NCBI GenBank assembly: GCA_024704765.1
Contig: JAKMXF010000210.1
Coordinates: forward strand, 528,121-592,120
Direction: 5' to 3'
DNA length: 64,000 nt
From: Oopsacas minuta
Lineage: Eukaryota > Animalia > Porifera
In this document: piece by piece, positions 22,340 through 33,600 of the stretch
How positions within the stretch are numbered: position 1 is the first letter of the stretch
How the letters are laid out: every line of letters starts with the position of its first letter
The notes under the pieces: generated by a model
Told to the model about the DNA's origin: nothing
Seen by the model: the letters and a program-made list of their open reading frames with translations, nothing else
Databases searched by the model: none
Made by a program: the position numbers and the translations under genes

Positions 22340-24040
22340 ATGAGATCATCTCTAAGACATTTCGTTCATTGGAGACCTCAGATTTACAAATATACACTCC
22401 GCTTCATAACTCAAAGCTCGCTAACTAAGGTTGATCTGGGACAATATGACAATTGCACGCTTATGGACATGCTTATTGATCCGACTACTGATCCCGGAAT
22501 TAAACCTTACGTTTATAAGGAGAGTTACTACAGAATTCCTACAATGTCTCCTTCCTATTTGTTACAGCTATTTAGAATATTTGTAGACTCGAAAGTACCA
22601 AGAAATATCTGTGGGAAGGTTGCACAGGCTATTGTTCAGAAAATAAGTTCATTTTCCCCTGAGGAAAGAATTGAAGTGCTGAATATTATATTTGATAGTA
22701 GTTCACAAATTGTGGGCTATGGTAATGTAGTTAAGTTTATTCTTAGGGAGATAAACCCCCAGCGAATCAGTCCTGTTTTCTTGCTCAATATGTGGGCCAA
22801 ATCTACAGATCGACAAGCCAGTATTCATCCATTCAAGTTAATGTATGAATTACTAAATTTTACCGTTTCAAAGCTTCACGAGTTGACAGACGCTCAATTA
22901 CTAAAAATACTATTTTATCTTCGTAGTGTTAAAATAATCGAGCCTAAAAACATCTCAGCAATGCACTCTAATATTATGACTCATCGTGGAGATAGGCATG
23001 ACGTCATGGCAGGGCTTTTATTATTCCTAATGTGCTCGTTGAGATACGATAAAGATATAATCAATTCGTATTTAAAGATACTCTATAGATCTATACAGGA
23101 AGAAAACATATCACCTGCATCTATTACTTTAGCTTCTGTTATGTCGAAACAATGTTTTATTTACCCCAAGCTTTATGAAGATCTTGAGCCCTTTGTCACT
23201 AATTTCTATCAAGATAACACGCTACACAGAACTTGTGCTTATAGCTATTTATATGCTTCAATTATTGCTGATTATTTTCCTAAGAAATTTATTCAGTTGT
23301 ATTTTACTCCTGAAAAGCTTGCTGCAATCAAAAGGGATGTTGAATGTTCTCCTTTTCTAACATCTGGCGTAGAAGTGTGTACAGTTGTTGATTATGCCAG
23401 AGTTAAAGGAGTTGACCTAGGTTTATCAAATGAGGTATTAGGATTTATTGAAAAACTAGCTTATACTTTCTGTTTAAAAGCCTGGGAGTTTCACTGCAAC
23501 GAGCTGAATCCGTGGGAGAACAGAGCTATAGCTCTAGTCGCTGAAAAATTTCCTTTGTATGTATCTTGGCCAACTAGAGCAGGTTACTTCATGGATTGTT
23601 GTATATTCTTAGATGATGATTGTAATCCTATTACCCTTGATTCATCTGCCTCTGTCCTAAAACAAAGAGATGGGACAAAGTCTAGCACTTTTGATAAATC
23701 TGGACTTGAGAACAAACCTGATCCATCTCGAGTAAATTTCGATCTTATCTGGGATCTCATGAACAATGAAGATATCCTGAAACGTATACCCAATAAGATC
23801 GTAATAGAATTCAATGGACCCCACCACTTCCTAAGGCCAACTTATTTCGAAGGGCCAATACTTAATCATTATCGTGTGGAAGGAGCAACTATGCTACGTA
23901 GAAAGTACTTGCAGGCTAGTGGATGGGAGTACATTGGCATACCATTCTTTCAATTCGAGCAGAGGTATTCCTCCTCCTCTCTCTGTGATTTCATTCTAAG
24001 ACTGGCAAAACATGCGATAAAGTACAAAAATAATTCTTAG
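22340..24040 (+). CDS. FAST-kinase-like protein with a C-terminal RAP domain (mitochondrial RNA-binding family)
   Basis: Intronless ORF of 566 aa. The C-terminus NKIVIEFNGPHHFLRPTYFEGPILNHYRVEGATMLRRKYLQASGWEYIGIPFFQF fits a RAP domain, and the upstream region is helical and repeat-like as in FASTKD proteins. Confidence 0.5.
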   Translation: MRSSLRHFVHWRPQIYKYTLRFITQSSLTKVDLGQYDNCTLMDMLIDPTTDPGIKPYVYKESYYRIPTMSPSYLLQLFRIFVDSKVPRNICGKVAQAIVQKISSFSPEERIEVLNIIFDSSSQIVGYGNVVKFILREINPQRISPVFLLNMWAKSTDRQASIHPFKLMYELLNFTVSKLHELTDAQLLKILFYLRSVKIIEPKNISAMHSNIMTHRGDRHDVMAGLLLFLMCSLRYDKDIINSYLKILYRSIQEENISPASITLASVMSKQCFIYPKLYEDLEPFVTNFYQDNTLHRTCAYSYLYASIIADYFPKKFIQLYFTPEKLAAIKRDVECSPFLTSGVEVCTVVDYARVKGVDLGLSNEVLGFIEKLAYTFCLKAWEFHCNELNPWENRAIALVAEKFPLYVSWPTRAGYFMDCCIFLDDDCNPITLDSSASVLKQRDGTKSSTFDKSGLENKPDPSRVNFDLIWDLMNNEDILKRIPNKIVIEFNGPHHFLRPTYFEGPILNHYRVEGATMLRRKYLQASGWEYIGIPFFQFEQRYSSSSLCDFILRLAKHAIKYKNNS

Positions 24041-24396
24041 TTAGAAATATTTTATCTATCAATACGAGCACGATTACTTAGATGTAGCAATTAATCAATT
24101 ACCTTTGCAATGTTTTTATTAGGAATTTTAGATTTAACAATTGAGTCTCGTAAGTTGGCATTACCACTTATCTTTAATTTTGTATGTACCAGATTGCAAT
24201 ACGTTTCTAATTTTAGTTCATTGATGCAATTATTCAGAATCAGTTTAGTGACGAAATGCCATGTGCAGTTGTGCACCTATTCTAAATAATTTATTTGATT
24301 CTTCGTATATATATAATCATAAATATGCAGTCAGAAATGATGCAAGTCAAAACTTGGTAATTATAATTTAAGAAAAGTCGATATCTAAATTTACAC

Positions 24397-26911
24397 ATGT
24401 CCTCTAAGTTTATGCACAGCCTCAAGTTATTGAGCTGTGCTTGGATTCTTCTCATTTGCTACCTGTTGACTTCTGTCTCTCACACAGCTGACACCAGCGA
24501 GGGGGCGCAGGAGCTGCCCTATGATGTAAACTATAGCTTAGATAGTCTAGAACCTGCTCTTCCAGTTATCGAAGATGAACAGGAGGATTTACAAAACTCT
24601 GTTGGGGATGAAAGTGATATCTCGAGTGATTCTAGTAATGAAATCTCTATTGAATGGAAAGTAGGATTAGATAATGGATATTTAGAACAACAGATAGTAG
24701 ATAACATAGACATAATTGAGCAAAATACAGTCAGTAATGATCCTGTTATTGACCCAAATCTCAGTGAAGAAAACACTGATTCTGATCAAAATGATTTACT
24801 GCAGCTACCAACCATGGATGAGTTTATAACTCAGAATACTAATGGTGCAATAAACACAGATCCTCTTCCTTCTGATGGCATTCAAACTCCCACAACTTCT
24901 GCAACAAACTCATTTGAACAAAATACGAAAACACACGAGACTCCTCCTAAACAGAAGAATTATGCATCAGCTGATTGTGGGGCTAAGATAGTAGCTAGGA
25001 ATCCTGAGAGCAGGAATACAGCTGGTATTCTCAATGAGAACAGAGATGATTATATGTTAAATAAGTGCTCCTTAGAATCTATTTGGGTAACTGTAGAGTT
25101 ATGTGACTATATACAAGTTCTCAGTATAGAGTTATCCGTTCATGAACTGTTCTCTTCTCTTCCAGAGAACTTCACAATGAGTCTCAGTCTTCAGGGAGGT
25201 GTCAAGCCAGATGATTGGTTACCTCCTACTCTATTCACAGCTAAGAACATTAGAGGAGATCAAATATTCCGCGTACCTACACTTGATCAGCACCACGCAC
25301 GCTTCGTAAAGCTAAATCTGGTATCTCATTACGGTAATGAGCATTACTGCCCTATCACAACACTCAGAGTGTTTGGAGCAAACTACGTAGAAGTTCTAGA
25401 AGCAATTGAGAGAGGATCTGGTACACAAGCACCTGCTGTAGAGACTTCCCTACATCTGGATAATACTGATAGCGAACTTGATGAGTTTGAAAAAGAGCAA
25501 ATATTAGAAGGAGATAAACCCAAGGAAGGCTTCTTTACCAATGCACTAGATGGTTTGTATAAATACGTTTGGCCAGAGGATGAACAGAATCCATCTGTCA
25601 ATATCAATGTAACTCAAACTAGCTCTGATAATAATACAGTTAATCCTGAAATTATCACTGATGAAGTGATCGAGGAAGAAAAAGATCCTCCACTACCAGC
25701 TGATGATTTAACTACAGAGACATTAGAAAATGAATTTATTGATAGAGAGGAATCTGTCAGTGGATTAGTTAACCTGTCAAACGTAACTGAGGACTTTAAA
25801 ATACTATTAAATGATTATTCTCCGCATTCAATGGAAACTATTGAACCAGCAAATGAAATACATCTAAATGTAGAAGCAACTATACAAGAAGACACATATG
25901 ATGATGAAGACGAACATGAAAAATACAATAACAACGAAGAGAATATCAGTAATACTCCATCTGACGATAACTCGATAGAAGATACTGTCAGCTTAGAGAC
26001 AGATGAATTACAGAGCGATGCTACTCCTAAAATAGAATTATCTCAAGGGCAAACAGTAGAAGAAGCAAATTCTATGACATCAGATAACGAGGTTGAATTA
26101 TCGGATGACTCAACACAGAATATTACAGGTAAGTTTAGTTAAGATTGGTAAACTTATTCTATTACTTTTCTAAATATGTTTAGATTCAATCCCTACTATC
26201 AGTAATGCTACACATGTAGAAAACAACTCTCTACCTGATGCTGCTTCAAATTCAACTCCTAAGGATCCCCCTATACCCAGCACACCTCCTACATCTCAGA
26301 ACTACTTGGTACGCATGCAGGAGCGAATAGCTCGACTGGGAGAGAACGTTACTATCATTCACAAATATCTTGATCAGTTCAGACACTCTATTCAGAGAAA
26401 TGTAAACCGTACAGAAGAAGTACAGCGTAGCTTGGAGAGGAAGCTCTCTCAGCTAGAAGATCTGGTTAATTTAACTTTACTCAACAGTTATATACAATCT
26501 GAAGAAGTTGAAATTACAAAAATATACTGGACAGATATAATAACCAGTCTCACATATGAAATACAATACTTTAAGGCACAATTATTGCTTTGTTTCTTAA
26601 CTACTCTTATAATAATCATTATTATAGCTGCCATATCTGTTAAACGATCTAATGCCAAACTCAGACAAGAAATGAACTCTCTTTGTAAACAACTTAATGG
26701 TGAAATTCAAAAATTATTATATATTATACAGGAAGATAGGAAGAAACTAAAGAATGGATATATTCGTAATTATGAGAATGATTATTTTGAAGGTCAACTG
26801 ACAGACCAAGGAGTTCTCTCTGATTCCAATCTAAACTCATATGTTAATCACACTGCTAAGAAGAAGAAGAAAACTCGGAAGAACTCTAACCTTGTCCTAC
26901 CCTATCCTTAA
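24397..26911 (+). CDS. SUCO: SUN-like-domain single-pass membrane protein, SUCO/Slp1 family, 2 exons, about 819 aa
   Basis: Exon 1 is 24397-26128 (donor G|GTAAGT). Exon 2 is 26184-26911 (acceptor TTTAG), after a 55 bp intron. It has a signal peptide; a SUN-like core (DCGAKIVARNPESRNTAGILNENRDDYMLNKCS...WVTVELCDYIQV...GNEHYCPITTLRVFGA); an acidic low-complexity region; then a coiled coil and TM helix (LLLCFLTTLIIIIIIAAISV) in exon 2. Confidence 0.65.
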
Positions 26912-27683
26912 TTATTTCTAGTTCAATTGCCAATCCCTCGAGCAAGCTGATTCTACCCTTATATACACGCAGTTGCAATTATTTTAGTAATGTATCACAA
27001 TTTTGGACAAATTTGAATTATACTAAGTACAAGAAATATTTTAAGATTTTAATTTAGGGATAATTCCTACTTTGGGTTAGAGGACAGTTATCTAGATTAT
27101 GAGTTCTGTACACATAGAGGAACTTGTCCACAACGAAACCGTCATAAATAATTGCCCCGGTAAACTCAGTTGCAAAGAGTTTAGATATCTGACTGAACTC
27201 AATATCTGACAGAGGCTAGACATTTCGTTAATTGCCTGTCCATCGATTTCGTTACCCTCTAAAGTCTAAATCTATAATAGAACTAAGGACATTCCTGAAT
27301 CGCTCACCATAGCAACATAAGAGCTGGTCTATTTAATCTTATTATTTTATGTATTTTACTATTAAAACTGTCAAATTTTGAGCTACGAATAATATAATTC
27401 TGACACAGTAGGGAACAGGGAAAGGGCAGTTTATTTTCACACCCCATGGCCCTGCAGTTCATTGATTAACAAGGGTATATTACGGATAATAGCTATGTTC
27501 AATTCCAGTTTCTACCTGCGTTATTAACTACTACAAATAGTTAGATAGCTAATTAGTGCCTAATTAGATAGTGGATAAATCATCCCTGACTTTACCTAAT
27601 ACGATATGATCATTCTAGCTAATATTTCCCTATTAAATTATCCGATTTATACAAATTATTATATAATACATTTCTAGCTAGCA

Positions 27684-30600
27684 ATGAGATATGTCCTTGT
27701 GAGTATCCTATGTTGCGTATCTCTCTTCGCCCCGTTACTACTCGCTACTGACACTAACTGTACGTTAGGAGGATTAGATTTGAGTTCTCTATCCGGAGAC
27801 TGGCAAACAGTTGGCTATGAGACATGTATCGGATGTAGCAGTAATGTGTATCTAAACCTGTCTATATGTAGTGCACTACAAGATCAAACATGTGGAGAGG
27901 GGGTGTCTGTCTGCTATTTGAATATTATATTGGAGAGTGTTACCCCAAAGGGAGTACCTGCTGGTAGCTATAGCTCTGAGTCTGTAGAGTATTTTAATGA
28001 TAATAAAACAATGGAGATTACATTTGACTACCATCTACAGAATCATCAAGTAACATTATTTGTATTTTACTCTCTATTGTTTCGTTACTAACACACACAT
28101 TCTTTATAGGGAACTACTACAATAGTACTTTTCTGTGGTAAACATTTAGGGATACCCATAGTCACAGACTCTACCATAGAATCATTTCACATGTTGATAG
28201 AATGGGAGACTAATGCTCTGTGTAAATCTGTAGATGTGATAGAGAATAAATGCTACTTAGTGCTGTATGATTACGCTTATTTCCAGCCTTATCTGTATGA
28301 TTTTACTCCTCTCATTAAGACTAAAGGCGCTTATATTATCACACAGAACGGAGATTCTACTAAATACGCTCTTAATCTCTGTCAAGAAATAGTACCAGAT
28401 TCAGGGGCTGTTTCTCTAACTGGGTGTGAAGGCGCTGTATTATGTAGACTGAGTGATACAGGTAATCATCAGCTGATTCTAGCAGGTAGTACAGATGGAT
28501 TACAGAGTGTAGGAGGAGTTATTTCTATTATATACTCGTCTACTCTTACTGACCAATCTCAAGTAAGTTAGATTTATACGGACGCGAGCCCTCATAACAT
28601 GATGTTATGATCTGTATGTGTAGTGTAACGGTGATGCTATTCTGAGTATATTTTTCCACTGTCCATACGAGTTTGACGTATCTCCAGGCCCCAGATTAGT
28701 AGTAAGAGACTCTGTATGCTATTTCCACATAGACTGGTACACTGAACACGCTTGTGCTCAGAAATACACTAAGAGTGAAGGCTGTGTGATAGAAGGAACT
28801 ACTAATAATCCTTTCAAGTTTGATCTAACCCCTTTAGGAAACCTATACTCTATTACTGGAGCAGACTACACTTATGATATAATTATATGTACTGATACAG
28901 GTGTGGATTGTGGTACAGGGACTGCAAAGGTTTGGCTTTAATTAGAAAACTGTCATATATTGTGTTCTATATTCACGTTTTCATATTTGTTGTATTACAA
29001 ATTTAGAATAATTATAACTTAATTATTTTGAAATATTTGAGTTTTTAGGTTTGTCAGAAGAAAGCTGATAACTTCGCGAAGAGTTTAGGATCAGATAACG
29101 GAGAGTTGTACTACGCAGATGGAGAATTAACTCTCTCTTATCATCGCGGAGATGTTTGTAGCTCGAATTATCAGAGGTCTTCAATATTTCGATTTGTTTG
29201 CTCTCAGAATAGCTCGCTAGGTCCTAGTTTCGTAGAGGAGGATCATTGTAGTTATTTCTTTGAATGGCCTACTCCATTAGCCTGTATATCGAGCACTACA
29301 CAGACAGGGACATGTCAGGATATCACGTATGGACAATCAAGATACGATCTGTCATACTTAAAGCGAGGAGAAGAGAGTAACTGGGTAGCTGGTATAGGAG
29401 CTAATCTCATTACAGAAGCTAAGAGCAGATTTATCCTCAACTTGTGTGGAACACTTAATTCGGGAGGAAGTGACCAGAGCTCTGCACCGCATGAGTGTGT
29501 AAGCTACGGAGTATGTGAAATAACAGGTATACTATTATTTTCAATAGCATTTTATTTCTGTGATATAACGATACTATTATTTAGAGACTGGAGATGCGTA
29601 TGGTATTGGAAAGTTTAACAATGTATTTGCTCGTACTGGTAATGTACTAGTAGTGGAGTATACGGATGGTGTGTGTCCCACTCACAGCGATAAGGTAGCT
29701 AGAGTGAACCTAGTTATCATCTGCAGAATAGGCGTAACGGATAGCTCTCCTGTCTATGTGGGTATGCTTGAGGAATGTTTCTATGAATTCCAATGGGAAC
29801 ATACAGCAGCATGTCCTACTGCTAATCATGTTACTTATGGAGATGAGTGTAAGGTAAATACGGATATGTGTGTATTTATTCTATGGTATATTATTATTAT
29901 TATTATTATATGTAGGTACGAGATCCTTCTACCCTCTATACCTACAATCTGTCACCACTCAGTGATGCTGTATACAGTCTTGTGTCAAACTCTTATACAT
30001 ACAGACTGTCTATATGTTCAGCTCTCGGAGACTCTGTTAGCAGTGAGTGTACTGCAGCAGGAGCTTGTCAGACCAAGGGCACTACTTCTCACTCATTAGG
30101 AGGACCTAACTCAACTCTAACCTTTGCTAATGGGAGTCTTCAAATGAGTTATGAGGGGGGAGACACATGCAGTGGAGGTGTAAAGAGGATGACACTTGTA
30201 TCATTTACATGTGACCTCAATACCACTGGGATTAAAGAGGCAGGTTGTGTATAGCTAACGTATCCATGGTGTTTATACGGTCTTTACAGGTAGAAGACCC
30301 AGAGGTTTCACATTGTTCTTATTTCTTCATTTTCTATACTGACAAAGCCTGCCCTTTCGAATACTTATTTGTTGACTGTTCTTACACAGATACAAGCGGA
30401 CACACATTTGACTTATCACCTCTCATCAGACAGTTTGATAACTGGAATGGCACAGTCACTAGTGGTATAACATCTGCTTTTTCGAGTGCTAAGTTCTATT
30501 TGAATGTATGTCGACCTGTAACTAATATCCCAGGCTGTCATCCCTTGAGTTCTGCTTGTATGAGCATACAAGTTGGAGAAGATATGAAATGGGTGAGTAC

Positions 30601-33600
30601 TGGATATGATAAGAAATCAACTTCTTATATATTGTATTATATGATTTTCTTAGGCCAGCATTGGTAAGCCTAAGACAGGCTTGAAGCCACTAGCGGGTAA
30701 TGTTCATAACGGACTGAGAATTCTATACACAGAAGATGAGCCTCTAGATCTTGCTGGGGTGTGTGACGTTACCAAACCACAGACTGGAATTACGTTTTTG
30801 TGTCCGAAGAGCAGTGAAACTTCTAAACTTGATTATCCACGGTTGATTGGGGTGGATATCAGTGGATGTATATTCGAATTTGAGTGGTACACAAAGCTAG
30901 CCTGTACTGAAACAGGAACACCTGTGTCTACTCCATGTGCTTTCCAGGACCCTGTTAGTGGATTTGTATTCTCTTTATTGTCTCTAGAAGGTACAACACC
31001 AGTGAAATATGATGGTGAGTTATTTTATACAATAAAACATCATAGAAATGCCGTGAGCACTTGAATACTTGAAGCAAAGTTTCGCGAAGTTTCGTACCTG
31101 AAAGGATATGCGCAAGGGTGCTTATTCAGTCAGAAAATTAGCCACGTATGCTCGTGAATTACTTAATTAACTTTTGCTGTAAAATTGCGCAAAAAAAATG
31201 CCCACGACAGGGATCGAACCTATGACATTCGGCTTATTAGACCGACGCTCTAACCAACTGAGCTACGTAGACAAATATTATATTTTAATTCTAATTCAAA
31301 ACTTTGTTAGTTGTCTTTCCAGTTCATCTAGACAAAAAGACTGCCCCCGACAGGGCTCGAACCTGTGACCTTGGGCTTATTAGACCCACGCTCTAACCGA
31401 CTGAGCTACGAGGGCAGATAATATTCCTTTCCAATTCACCAATTTTTATATCATGTTACAATTACACCCTTTCTATAGAGAATACAAACGCTGACTCTCC
31501 TTTCTTCTACCTATCTATATGCTCTACTATTGACTCAGATCTCCTTCAATCTTCTATAAACCCAAAGTCTGGGGCTGTTCTTCTTTACCCAAATACTGTA
31601 TCTGATGCTAAGAACTCGAGTTTAGGAGAAGCTAACTCAAACCTGTTGTACAGTGATAGTGAGCTAATACAGCTCAGATACATTGAAGGAAGTGCATGTT
31701 CAAGTGGCAAGGTTATGTATTAATGTTCACTTCCTTCATGAATACAATTGTTATTATTCTTATCGTTTTTCAGAAATCAACTCTAATCACCTTTGTGTGT
31801 TCACATCTTATAGCCTCGAGTGTGTCTTACATTAGCTCTCTGCCATCAGATGACACCTGTCTATTTGAGTTTGAATACAAGACAATCCTTGCTTGTCCTC
31901 CCATCACAACAGAATGTGTCATAACTTCTAATGATGGACAATTGTATGATCTTACCAGACTGAAGCAACTCTCTGGGACCGGGTTCCCTGTCTATATTTC
32001 TGGCCAGTATAGCGATATACCTCAATTATCTTCTCTACGAATTTCGGTGAGCAATGTTTAGCATACTACCGTTAGATATTCTACAATAGTTACGAGTGTA
32101 TGCATTAGATATGTCAACCATTGGAAGCTGGTAGTACCGAAACATGTACTAATGGATCTGCATCTTGTCTGAGCTATGACAATCATATATTCGATCTGGG
32201 ACATGTAACAGGAGACCTACAGCTGAGTCAGCAGGGAGAACTCCAGCTGATATACTCAGGAGGTACAGGTTGTAGTAAGAGCGCGCTTACAGTGATAACT
32301 TTTCGGTGTGATCGTAGTGTTGGAGTTGGACAGCCTCTTCTTAGTCTACATAGGAACACGAGTGGGTCTTGTTACTATGATATTGTTTGGGACTCTGAGT
32401 ATGCTTGTGCAGTATTACCCAGTGAGGAATCTAACTGTGCTGTGACAGATACAGATTCAGGTATTATACAAATATTATAGAATGTTGTGAGGTGATGATC
32501 TAAATACTTTTTCGGATTCTATATACATACTCTGAACTTATAAATATTTTCCATTAACCTGTCAAGGTAATTGAGTTATTCATTACTACTATACTGGCTT
32601 GAAACCTGTTATCTTTAGATATGTTATTACAAGATTTTACAACATCCTCTTATCTTACATATTCTTCTAGGATTTGTATATAACTTTACAAGTTTGAGTA
32701 AATTACCAGATATACACATACAACCTGACTCTACAGTTACCTCAGATGATTACAGCTTCACTATCTCTATTTGTCGTCCTATAACATCATCATGTGGAGA
32801 TGGTAGTGCTCATGCAGGAGCTTGTCAATATTCTGATAACACCCAGCATGTTACAGGTAAGATAACCTTATTACCATGACAGATATAGAATTATATTTGT
32901 GTTATTATGTAGGATTATATAGCTCTACACTTATACTGAGTGATGGAGAAGTTCAGCTGGTATATTCTGGGGGTCAAGCATGTCATAGTAACAATGTTAA
33001 CAGAACAACAATAATACGTTTCTATTGTGACAAGACAGCAACTTCTCCTCGAGCTGTAGTACTACCTGAATTGACACATTGTCTCTATGAAATTATGCTA
33101 TATACTAATCTAGCTTGTCCTCCTAGCCAACCTACGTTCAAATGCAATGCTAACAATCCTGATAACGGAAACACTTACGATCTGTCTAGCTTACAACACA
33201 AAGCTTATTTTGAAGTATACTCTACAGATAGTATTGTGTACTACTTTAGTGTTTGTAACCTTCTACCTTCTCAATATGGTAATAAGGGTGTACACTGTGT
33301 TACTGGTTCTAGCTTCTGTGTGTTACATAAGAACAGCAATAATGTGAGTATTTACTAAGTAGACTGTATCGTTAATAGAATGATGGTTACTAGTTTGTAT
33401 TGTAGATATGGAAAGCTACTAATCTCGGTACAATGACACACTCCCCTTACCTACTACGGGATAATCTTCTCCTACTCTCCTACTCAACTGAGGATGCGAA
33501 ATATAACACTACCGTGGGATTAGAGTGTTCTGAAGAGTCACAATCGGTTACAGATCCAATTCTTGTTTATCATAGTGCTGACTTTTCTACGAATATATTC

